DNA of 64,000 nt, taken from contig NC_068983.1 of assembly GCF_001194135.2 (NCBI RefSeq), forward strand, positions 34,764,995 through 34,828,994, read 5' to 3'. A program made the translations under genes and the position numbers. This document shows positions 26,353 to 37,515 of the stretch, piece by piece. A model generated the notes under the pieces. It ran no database searches. It was not told the origin of the DNA and saw only the letters and a list, made by a program, of their open reading frames with translations. Within the stretch, counting starts at the first letter, position 1. Every line of letters starts with the position of its first letter. This stretch comes from Octopus bimaculoides (lineage: Eukaryota).

Positions 26353-26799
26353 GTGAGTTTTTCACCAGTTGGTTTCCGAGACGTCTTAGTGGTTTCAAAC
26401 TATTTAAAACCAAGACCACTGTTATCAAAGGGACCGCTAGACCATAGCGCTACAGGAAAAGGCTGACGAATGTGTGCGAAGCCAAGACAAAATAACATTG
26501 CGTGTACAATAAGAAATATCAAAAAAATATAACAGACAAGGAATGGTACATATACAATAGAAAATGTTTTACGGCTGTACAATAGGTATCGGAGATAACT
26601 ATACGTATGCAGTACTAAAACGATATATCACAAATAGAAAAGGCGTTTTTGGCTATGAAGACAGACGTAGTGAGGTAGCGCAAAGAAATGGAAAAGTCCT
26701 TGATGGGCAGAACACAAACGTGTTTGGTTTGGTTAGCAGCAGGCCGAAAAGCAACGATGCGCTTTAACTGGACACCAGTCACGTGGTAGGAGAGAGGAA

Positions 26800-27960
26800 G
26801 ATCCATAAGTTAACAGCAACGGGCGATGATCTGTTTCTAATCGAAAACGTCTACAATGCATAAACTTGTGGAACTTCTTCATACCAAATATAATTGCCAA
26901 TGCCTCTATTTCAATCTGGCTATAATTTTTTTCTGGTGCCAATAGTACCCTTGACGTGTGAGCTATGGCGTTTCTATTGCCATCGTCACATTTGTGTAGG
27001 AGTATGGCTCCTGCCCCGTACCCACTAGCATCTGTGGTCAGTATCGTTTCCAATTTTGGATTGAAGTGTGTTAGAGACAAGTCTGAAATTGATATACATT
27101 TTAACTACTCAAATGCCTTCTGGCATTTTCTGACCAAAGCCATTTGGCATCCTTTTTCAACAGCACATTTAGTGGATCCCTTATGTTGTGTATATTTGAG
27201 ATATATACTTGATACTAGCTCATCAAGCCTAGAAACGCATGTAGCACTTTGACGTTTGTTGGGAGAGGCATATTCCATATTGCTGTCGCCCTTGATGGGT
27301 CTGGTTTCGACCTCTTTTCATCAATTACTTGACTCAAATATTTGATTTTTCTCATCAAAAATTCACACTTTTTCTCAGATAAATTAACGCGAATTCATTT
27401 ATTTTTCCGAATACATTTTTAATATATTCAAAGTGTTGCTCCAGTGACTCGTTTGTCATCAAAATATCATCGATATATGCGATACCGAAGTCGCAATCAT
27501 TTAACATTGCGTGCTGGAATATAGCAGGTGCCAATTTTACTCCAAAAGGAAGCCGCTTGAATTTATGTAATCCACGGTGTGTGTTGATCGTTAAAAGGTG
27601 AGCGCAATCTCCCTCTACTTGTATCTGTAGATAATCCTCCAGGAGGTCTAATTTCGAGAAAACTTTTCCTGTATTTAGTTTTGAAAACACATCTTCTGGT
27701 TTTGGTAATGAATAGTTGCGTTCAACTAAACAGTCATTTAATCCTGTTGAGAAATCTGCACACACTCTTAGTTTATTATTCTTTTCATTTTTTTCGCATA
27801 AACCGTCGGTGTTGCCCAGTCTGAGTGGTCGATTTTCTCAATTATAGCTAGACTTTCCAGTCTTTGCAGCTCTTTGATGATCTGCTCTGTCACCGCAAAT
27901 GGTACGTTCCGTTTGGCCTAAAAACACGTGTTGCATTTACTTTTACAGCAATCCTCGAAA
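26800..27960 (-). mobile_element. Gypsy/Ty3 LTR retrotransposon pol fragment (RT + RNase H), decayed
   Basis: DWATPTV...LRVCADFSTGLND...FSKLDL...LPFGVKLAPAIFQ...AYIDDIL; TTDASGYGAGAIL...NYSQIEIEALAIIFGMKKFH...ETDHRPLL. Frameshifted; no LTRs or integrase seen. Confidence 0.95.
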
Positions 27961-28411
27961 AATCACAACATACAGAGAACAAGATGATAAAATAGCAAAC
28001 GGGAAACTGAATAAAACAAAACAAAAGTAAGATTTTTAGCCGATTTCTTCCTCAGTCTCGTGCTTCTGTATATATNNNNNNNNNNNNNNNNNNNNNNNNN
28101 NNNNNNNNNNNNNNNNNNNNNNNNNNNNNNNNNNNNNNNNNNNNNNNNNNNNNNNNNNNNNNNNNNNNNNNNNNNNNNNNNNNNNNNNNNNNNNNNNNNN
28201 NNNNNNNNNNNNNNNNNNNNNNNNNNNNNNNNNNCGTCAGCTGCCTCTATTCTAACTAGACGTTTCGAGAGAGAGAAAGAGAGAGAGAAAGAGAGAAAGA
28301 AATAGAGAGAGTGAGAAAGAGGGGAGAGAGTGAGAAAGAGGGGAGAGAGAGAGAAAGAGGGGAGAGAGTGAGAAAGACGAGAGAGAGTGAGAAAGAGGGG
28401 AGAGAATAGAA

Positions 28412-29190
28412 TAAGAAGATGGTAATTCATACTCTCAGATGAACTGATAACGTTTCCAATGCTTGTGAAACTGAGTTAAGTTTCTTGCCAGAAATTAATG
28501 AAGTGAGTATAGTGGAAGAAACAGAGACACACACACACACTCATGATGCACACATTTATAAGACCATGAAAAAATTGAATAATGGAGGGTGAAGGGTGGT
28601 TTTTTTTTTTTTTNNNNNNNNNNCCATGAAAAAATTGAATAATGGAGGGTGAAGGGTGGTTTTTTTTTTTTTTGTCCTGATGTGATATAAACTAATTGTT
28701 TAGTGTTTTTGTTTTGTGTGGCCCTGAAATATTTAGTGAATTAGAGATCATTGAGTCGTAAGGATCAGATTGTGACGCATGGTTCTTTTTCCCGAAATCA
28801 GCGATTGTCCTCCGCTTGTCCCAGCTACGTGGTCATATCCAGAGCCTTATTTTACAAAGACACTGAGCACATTTTGTTCCGCTGTTTTCTTCAAAAGAAT
28901 AGGGAAATCGAAACGGATATAAAGCGAATGCCACTGTGTCATGGTATGATTTTAAGTATGATCTTATTCTAAATAACTTCCACTGTTTGTTCTTCCATAG
29001 CAAAGATGATTTAGATATCTTCTATATTCCGAAGAACCTATACGAACCGATGCATTGTAGTCGATAAATACATCTTCACAGGAGTAAGAAGATGGTAATT
29101 CATACTCTCAGATGAACTGATAACGTTTCCAATGCTTGTGAAACTGAGTTAAGTTTCTTGCCAGAAATTAATGAAGTGAGTATAGTGGAA
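28412..29190 (+). repeat. Identical 106-bp direct repeat (28412-28517 and 29085-29190)
   Basis: TAAGAAGATGGTAATTCATAC...GTGAGTATAGTGGAA occurs twice without mismatch. Confidence 0.9.
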
Positions 29191-30539
29191 ATATACAAGC
29201 AGGAACAGAAATCAAAGCTCGACATCCTGGGCTTGTTCACCAGACGGATATATTTCACGCTGAACACTCATCAATTCATACTTATATGATGTACATACTG
29301 ACGGCACAAAATATCTCTATTTTTAGACGTCATGTCAGCATTGTGATATAGTACATAATATAAATCAGTGTATGTGATAACTTGCATCCAGAAAGAAGCG
29401 AAACCGTTCCTAATTTTGATTCTGTTGATGAAAATTTTTCAAGCTACATATTTTATAACCAGTCCCCTTAATGTAATTGTTGTGTTTGTTTATTTGCGTG
29501 TATTTATTTATCTGTATTTCGTTTATTTATGTTTTATAAATTGACACAAATCTTGTTTTCAGGCGCAAACTGCGACTATGTAGCAACAGGTTTATTTTTC
29601 TTGGGTTTCTTAACATCATAAATGAAATTAAGTGGCTTCAAGAGGTTAAAATATGTCACAATTTCTGTTAAGTATTATTCTTTTGTTTTATGGCATTCAA
29701 CTCTATTAACTCCAGCATTTAGTAACAAAAATCGAGAAAAAATTTCCAAAAATTTCACGGATGCTCTTGCATGAAAAATCTTCCCTTCCTTTTTTTTTTT
29801 TTTTTTTTTCCTCAAATTGAAAATAATTTAATTTGTTTTCCTTCGAAATTATTTTAATGAGGAAATTGTTCGAGGCCATATCCACGATATGCAATTGTAA
29901 GGGAACTGCGTTATTTATTTTCTTTTAATTTTCTTCATAAAATCCCCCAAAGACACAAATAGCAAAATCATTATTATCGGAAACAAAACACAGAAAAACT
30001 ATTTTAGGAACTTTATTTATATTTATATCATTTTTTTGCAAGCATTTTTTTTATTTTAAGGAAACTTAACACTTGAGATTCTTTTTAAATTGGAAAGAAA
30101 ATTGAGAAAACATCTTTTCTCTTTAGGTAGAAAAAAAAGAGAGAAAATGTGATTGTATTTCTTAAATGTATTTAGAATCAATATATTTACACAATATTGA
30201 TGCGTTGATGACCAGAGAGATTCCTTATTATTGTTGTGATGTAATATTTATTAGAAAAGAGACGGGATCGAACACTATAGGAACGCTATGTCACGCCTAA
30301 AATATTTTTTAAATCCTCGTTACCACCTGGCCTTAGGTTGACATTAACGAAGTTCCCTCCGTTTAATGTATTCGTTCTACATCCCTGCCATGAGTTTCAT
30401 CAAAACTATTAATACACAACCATTCATTTTCCCAGAATACTATTAAAAAAACTAAAGAGAAATATACACATAAAAGTCTTCCTACTCTCCACACTGCCGT
30501 AGATTTCTTTGCAGCATATATTTCACTCTTCAACCTTTA

Positions 30540-31615
30540 CATCGTATTCTTCCCCGAAACGTAAGATTCTCAACTCCTGTCTCAAGTTCGTCTTTCCCTC
30601 CTTGCTGTCCAGGATACACTCCTTTTGCTAATATCATCTTCTAAAGTTGAGGCATATGATTATGGAGACTCAATTATCTTTGACACTCACCTCTCTTATC
30701 TAAATATTAGCCAAAACGAAATCTATTTATTCTGGATCAAATTTTCCACCTTCATTCCTCTAGATAATACCAGCTGCCTTTATGCTCTCCTAATTGCTCG
30801 AACCACTAGCATCCCCTCTGCTGTGTATCCTTTTGCATAAAGACAGTGTCCCTCTTCTCAGCAGAGCTGAAGTGAGAGGTATGTCATCCTTCTCGGTGAC
30901 TTCAACGATGACAAATTGTGGCTCTCACAATCCTCCCACGGCTATGTATTTACTTACTTGTACATGAGGTGCATTCACCTGTGAGGGATTGAGCCGGCTC
31001 CGGCCAACGAAATCACCACGTCGCTCATGAATGCTGACCAAATCCGACGGTCAATCTTAACGTGGCCCAAATTTCCAGGTTGCAAATTTGACAAACGTCC
31101 TCACTGTGAGAGCAGGTGCTACGGACAGGGCAGACACTGTAGCCAAAGTCGTCAGTTGTCGTTATGGTGTAGAGTTTGTGATAGGAGTTTCAATGAGAAT
31201 ACAAGTGCATATGTGGTCCCTTGTCACATGCATACACACGTTGGGATAGTCTGATCCGTAAAAGCTCATCTTGCCGTTGTTGTCAACCGTCACAGAGAAT
31301 TCGCTGACCAAGACATCGCCAGTTATCGGAGCAGACTTAGCCTCAGTTTAAAGCATATGGTACACATGCTGATTAACCGATAGCTGGAACTCTAATAGGT
31401 GCTACTGCTCTGTGTCAGAGTAGACTTGCGCACAATAGTGCCTAAGATATAGTTCCATACTCCTCAAAACTCTTGAACTCGCGTACCAAATACCAGTTAC
31501 AAGATAGAGTTTCAAGTCTTAATCTGGACTACCAAACTTATGGCACTGATGCAGAGACCGATTTTTTCCAGCTTCCAACACAGTACCTCAAACTATGTTA
31601 TCACCTACAAACATC
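30540..31615 (+). mobile_element. Internally deleted CR1/L2-like LINE (APE and RT remnants)
   Basis: RYVILLGDFNDD (APE GDFN motif) at about 30880-30910; NTVPQTMLSPT near 31580-31610 resembles GVPQGSxLSP. Confidence 0.5.
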
Positions 31616-31818
31616 CTAGTTTCACAGACTTTAACATGCAACATAATTCCTGCAACATCATTCTACGAAAGATGATTTCGTGAATCAAACAATCAAGTTC
31701 TCTTTCTCCTTCCTCCTCACACACACACACACTCTCTCTCTTCCTAATTCTCTCTCTCTCTCTCACACACAATGTCTGTCTGTCTGACTCTCTTCCCATC
31801 TCTCTCTATTTATCTATC

Positions 31819-31893
<75 letters not shown>

Positions 31894-31977
31894 TGCAAAT
31901 GATTTTTCGGACGTCTTGGAAATAAGAGAGTCACAAAATTTGCAGAACCCACTTGCCCTGTATCTAAAAGAACGGTA

Positions 31978-32457
31978 CAGTAATTACTCACCACATCGTG
32001 GTTCACATATCATGCAGTCAGTACATCGCGGATTTGTCTGGCAAATGTATGTAAATTTATATCGCGTGTTTCTGCGGCCGATACTTATTTATTTATTTAT
32101 TTATTTTAATTTTAGATATTTCTGTGGGAAAATAAGCATTTTCACGCCTAAAAATTACTAAAGTTATAAATGAAAATGCAGTACACTACTGCACTCTATA
32201 ACACATTAATTAAAATATATTAAAAGAAAATACGTAGTATACCGTAGATAAGCAAACAAAGAATCGCACATACCGTATGGAACACGAAACTCAGTTGACG
32301 AGTGTGGGGTGTTGTGTTGCATCTATGATAAAATAAATATATACAAATTATATAAGAAAATAAATATATACAGTACAGTACGGTTTCTAATTCGCGGATA
32401 CTCACCTATCGCAGGGGATCTTGGAATGTAACACCCGCGATATTCGATGGTTTACTA
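31978..32457. mobile_element. pogo/Tigger-like MITE
   Basis: TA|CAGTAATTACTC...GATGGTTTACTA|TA ends. Same family as 60870-61087, in opposite orientation. Confidence 0.65.
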
Positions 32458-32508
32458 TATTTGCACTTCAGCAGAGAAAGCCTTCATCTATGTTGCAGAA
32501 TTTGCAAC

Positions 32509-32571
32509 TATGTAAAAAGCGGGAATATTTTTGAGTCGCTCTCGCTCAAAAAAATTCCCGCTTTTTACATA
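32509..32571. other. About 26-bp-arm DNA/RNA hairpin upstream of a hammerhead motif
   Basis: TATGTAAAAAGCGGGAATATTTTTGAG-tcgctctcg-CTCAAAAAAATTCCCGCTTTTTACATA; one mismatch. Confidence 0.85.
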
Positions 32572-32672
32572 TATGTATAAGGTTAAACATTATTGTGTTT
32601 GCTATGTCGGATACATAAGGTGTTCGTTTTGGTAAGTTGAGGATTTTGTTTATTTTTATATATTTGTACCAT

Positions 32673-32733
32673 CTATACTGATGATCGGAAGTTAGGTATT
32701 ATTCTAATAATCGTGAAATCGTTCGATATATAG
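32673..32733 (+). ncRNA. Minimal type I hammerhead ribozyme motif
   Basis: CTATA-CTGATGA-(partly decayed stem II)-GAAA-TCG-TT-CGA-TA-TATAG. Stem I is 5 bp perfect; stem III is near-palindromic. Predicted AUA cleavage at 32728. Confidence 0.65.
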
Positions 32734-33376
32734 TTGAGTTCGTTTTTAAAAGGTTGGTTATTTTACGAATTGCTTTTCCTCGCATTCGGTAAAAATGTGT
32801 TTATTATGGAAGTCTAGTGTGTGACATTATTCTGTAGTAATGCCCTTATATAAGTATATACATATATATATATANNNNNNNNNNNNNNNNNNNNNNNNNN
32901 NNNNNNNNNNNNNNNNNNNNNNNNNNNNNNNNNNNNNNNNNNNNNNNNNNNNNNNNNNNNNNNNNNNNNNNNNNNNNNNNNNNNNNNNNNNNNNNNNNNN
33001 NNNNNNNNNNNNNNNNNNNNNNNNNNNNNNNNNNNNNNNNAGAAAAACACGGAGAAAAAAAATTGAATAGTGTTCAGTCAACGGTCAATCATATATATAT
33101 ATACATTATATATATATATATATATATATATAGTGTTTTAGATTTGAGCTACTCTTAGTTTCATGCAATAACAATACAATAAACGGATAAGTATAACATG
33201 ACATTGTTTCCAAGCAATTTTTTCAGTATAAAATATGCCACATCGTTGTGTGTGTCTAAGAAAACGAGAAATGGCGATTCTACAAAACATAACACACACA
33301 CAAACGAGAAATGATTCATGATTTTGAGAAAAGGCGAGAAAGGGGGAGATGGAGTCAAAAGTAAAAACGTGGAATG

Positions 33377-33435
<59 letters not shown>

Positions 33436-33439
33436 AATA

Positions 33440-33475
<36 letters not shown>

Positions 33476-34605
33476 GAAGAAAGAGAAGAGAAAAAAGAAA
33501 AAGTAAAAGACAATGAAATGTTACGGCCTTTTGACTGTTCAAATCAGAATTAATATGATCGGAATATATTAATTCAACGGTGAGAATGCCAAAGTCCGAG
33601 AGACTGCATACCTGATTTTGAGAGGTAGGTGCCTTCCAGTTCGAACGGGCAAACGTATGTAACGCTTTATTTTCTTTCTATTTTCTTCTTTCTAACAAAA
33701 GCCGAATGATCTTTAGTTGACTGATACTCCCAGCACAATTTATATCGTATAGCGAGATAGAAACTAAAAGAGAGAATTAACATACGAGGTGCATAACGAG
33801 TGCATATGCTAAGCTTGGAGGTAGGCAATGAGTATAGGAACGCTACACGCATACAATGAGAAAAGGAATTCTGGAGACAGGAACGAAGAAGGAGTAAATG
33901 TCAAAGTAGTTACGGGGGAAATAAAGTGAGCGGAATTGCGGATAAATACGTACTCACATACTTTCATGTGAAACAAGAGATGAGAGTTGCTGGCTGTGAG
34001 AGACTGACATTAAAAGTAACATTCTAAATAGCATACATACACCCATGCATTTGCATAAAGTTGTCATAACATGATATACACATTATTGGGAAAAGGCAGA
34101 AAAATCATTGTTATTTTATTTCAGCGTTTATATTCAAAATGGAGAAAAAATCGGATTGAAATTTCTTTCCGTGTTGAATTCAAACTATAGGAATTAACGC
34201 ACGCTGGTGTGCGTATGCATTCATCATCACTCCTTAATTTCTGTATTTCTTTCACTCTCCCTACCTCACACACATACAAGCACACTAATACAACCAGCTC
34301 AAACATTCGTGCACACGTTATTATGGCTGTTTTAGGGGGGAAAATAGTGTTCTTTTGCATTAGAATCATGTAACTTCGAGATTAAAAGATAAATAAAATG
34401 AAGTTATGAATATAAATATAATAATTGTGTTTCAACCTGCCACGAAAATCGTATGAGTAGACGCAGGAAATTGCTCATGACGTAAAAGATTGGTTCCACA
34501 CTCGTTGTTACATGAAAGCTTCGACAAATATCATTGAAGAATGAGGGAACGGAACTCTTTTTATATCACCTGAATTTCTTAAACAATGTGAGGTATCCTC
34601 CGAGT

Positions 34606-34700
34606 CATTATTTACATTATTTACATTGGATATATGGCGTAGTGGTTAAGAACGCGGGCTACTAACACCAAGATTCCGAGTTCGATTCCAAATTGTGACT

Positions 34701-34746
<46 letters not shown>

Positions 34747-34955
34747 TAATAATAATAATAATAATAACAACAACATCGAAAAATATCTTAGGAATGAGAA
34801 TCCAGATTCGAAATTTCCCCAAGACACCTGTTGAAGGCTGGAGGGTTTATCAGCCCAAACGTTGTGTTAACAACAAACAAGATGAGGACCAATATCCGTC
34901 AATTCTAAATAATGTAAACAATGTACATAATTCCTTATCTCTTAAATATAGAACT
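34606..34955 (+). mobile_element. tRNA-Arg-headed element with internal (AAT)n and PLE-type hammerhead tail (locus 1)
   Basis: Head 34628-34702 (TGGCGTAGTGG A box, GAGTTCGATTCC B box), then (AAT)n, then a tail with GACAC-CTGTTGA-A-GGCTG...CAGCC-CAAAC-GTT-GTGTT (mutated core). 34606-34627 is an inverted piece of its own tail. Confidence 0.85.
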
Positions 34956-35939
34956 GCTCCGAGTTATTTCCGTAGTTTAGTACCTTTTTAGCGCAAACGA
35001 AACATAGTCATGTTCAAATGCTTCCTGACCTGACCAGGTTGTCGTTCTTTTTTGTTTTTGTTTTTTTAATACACTTTATTTAGTACTGCAAAATTCAATG
35101 CAATTTTTATTTTTTATTTTATCACGGCAAGCAATAATCTGAGGGAGATTTGTTTTCTAATTCTTGGAGGCCAATTTCTACGTAGACGCTTTTTTGTTTG
35201 CTCATCCAAAGCCTAGTTAGAAATTTCGTTAGAAAATTTTAATATTTTAGCTTCCATTTTATGACCATTTAAGCATACTTCGAAATGATTAATGAGAAAA
35301 TATAATTTATTGTAATAAAAAAAATCTCTATTGACCTACAACTCATTGAGTCATAGGAGAAAATGTCTTCCTTTTCATTCATTGTATCTATTGGATTAAG
35401 CAATAATTCATTTCAGTAGATCTGATTTTATAAAATGTGTCAATGTAATATATTTTACTACATTGTGTAAAGTATTGAAATATACAATCATTGTTGTTTT
35501 CATGCTATTGTCTAGACACATCTCAGTTCTATCGTAACAAAGTAGATTAAAGCTTCTATAATAAATTCCAATCGTTTTCCTAAGTCTAATGGACCTAGGG
35601 CAACAATTATCTGTGGACATGATTTCAGAATGTTATGACTGTTACTTCTAGCATGTTGAGAAACCACAACCACGTGGAAGCTTTCCTCGTTACCTCATTA
35701 GTGCCAGTGTTGTGGCTATTTCAAAGTGGTCAGTTGTAGACATCCGATCTTGTAATACTTGTAGCAGAAGCATGTGTGTTGGTAGTTGTGGTTGTTCTTG
35801 TTGCTTCTAGGAGGGTGGGTTACAGTGTGAGGCAGGTTGGTTACAAATTTTTGGCCGTCTACGGGAATTACATGCGTCATTTATGAAATGTGTATGCGTG
35901 ACGTGTATGCGTGTGCGTGTAAAAACATGTGAGGGTGTC

Positions 35940-35985
<46 letters not shown>

Positions 35986-37454
35986 CGCGTGTGTATGTGT
36001 AATATGAGTGAGAGATGTTTCATGTGAGTAAAGGTCGCACGGAAGTCGTACAGAGTTTGTGTGTATTCGTAAGTATGTGTNNNNNNNNNNNNNNNNNNNN
36101 NNNNNNNNNNNNNNNNNNNNNNNNNNNNNNNNNNNNNNNNNNNNNNNNNNNNNNNNNNNNNNNNNNNNNNNNNNNNNNNNNNNNNNNNNNNNNNNNNNNN
36201 NNNNNNNNNNNNNNNNNNNNNNNNNNNNNNNNNNNNNNNNNNNNNNNNNNNNNNNNNNNNNNNNNNNNNNNNNNNNNNNNNNNNNNNNNNNNNNNNNNNN
36301 NNNNNNNNNNNNNNNNNNNNNNNNNNNNNNNNNNNNNNNNNNNNNNNNNNNNNNNNATATATATATTTGTGTGAGTGTTTGACTATGAATGTGTATTTGT
36401 CAAATGTAAAGGGATCCTTGTGAATTTTTGTGTGTATATAATTGTGCGTCTATATGCCTGTATGTGCGTGCGTATGTTTCTGTTTGTCTGTGCGAATGTG
36501 ACTGTGTCTGTGTGTGTGTGAGTGTATGTCTTGCAACGTTTGTCTTAAATGCATGTCTATGAAATGTATGTGCATGTATTTGAAAAATCGTAAGAGAATT
36601 AAGGCTGTACAAATATGTGCGTATATGTGCGTGTGAGAAACGCATGTGGGACGTTTAACACTGTGCGTATTGGGTGAATGTGTGTGAGTGTATAAACCGA
36701 GGGAGGGGTGGGCTAATTGAGTTTGGGTGGTAAATGAAGAAACCGTGTCTATACGGATGATTAACTGCAGTCACACACGACTAAGACTTCAACGAGAAAA
36801 CTGTGGTTGTTATAAATGACAGAAAACAAAGCGATCAAAATAAGATTTGTCAGAAGATTTCAAGTGACAAGCGATATACTTTTACCCTCCCCGCCGGAGC
36901 TATTTCGTGGGTCGTTAGACTAATATTCCTACAACGATCAGCAAACCAATGAACAGTGTGTGTTTGAAGGAAAGTTAACTTCTGTTTCTGGTAATATGAA
37001 TGGCCAAGTAACCACGCTCTGAGCGGACTGTACTGCAAAGAGTTTCATAGTGCTATGAGAGAGTAATTATTGAAAATGCCGTCCACTTTTACTCACTTTC
37101 ACCCAAGCTGGTTATTTTCACTCTCACTTTAATCACTTCTATTATTATTCCTCTCTATCTCACGCTCTCTCTCTCACACACACACACATACACTCTCTCA
37201 CTCACACACACATACACTCTCTCACTCACACACACACACACACACACACACATGTGCATATGCATCTTCTGTTGAATTTCTGCGAATATTTTATTATGGC
37301 AATTAGATTTGCCCTGTAGAAACTGCAGCTAATTAGAAAAATTAATACTGATCATTAATTAGTAATTAGTAGCGAGTTTTAATATAATTCTTCCCCACAA
37401 ATACACATATGTTTTTACATAGAAATTTATACACGCACATACGTAATTTTATGC

Positions 37455-37515
<61 letters not shown>

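Noticed and set aside
33560-33625. Short frame FNGENAKVRETAYLILR ending in GAG|GTAGGT
   Set aside because: An in-frame stop lies immediately upstream with no acceptor AG between it and the frame.
34690-34960. Repeat-spacer pattern as a CRISPR array
   Set aside because: Eukaryotic context; the repeats are dispersed retroelement copies and microsatellites with no regular repeat-spacer period and no cas genes.
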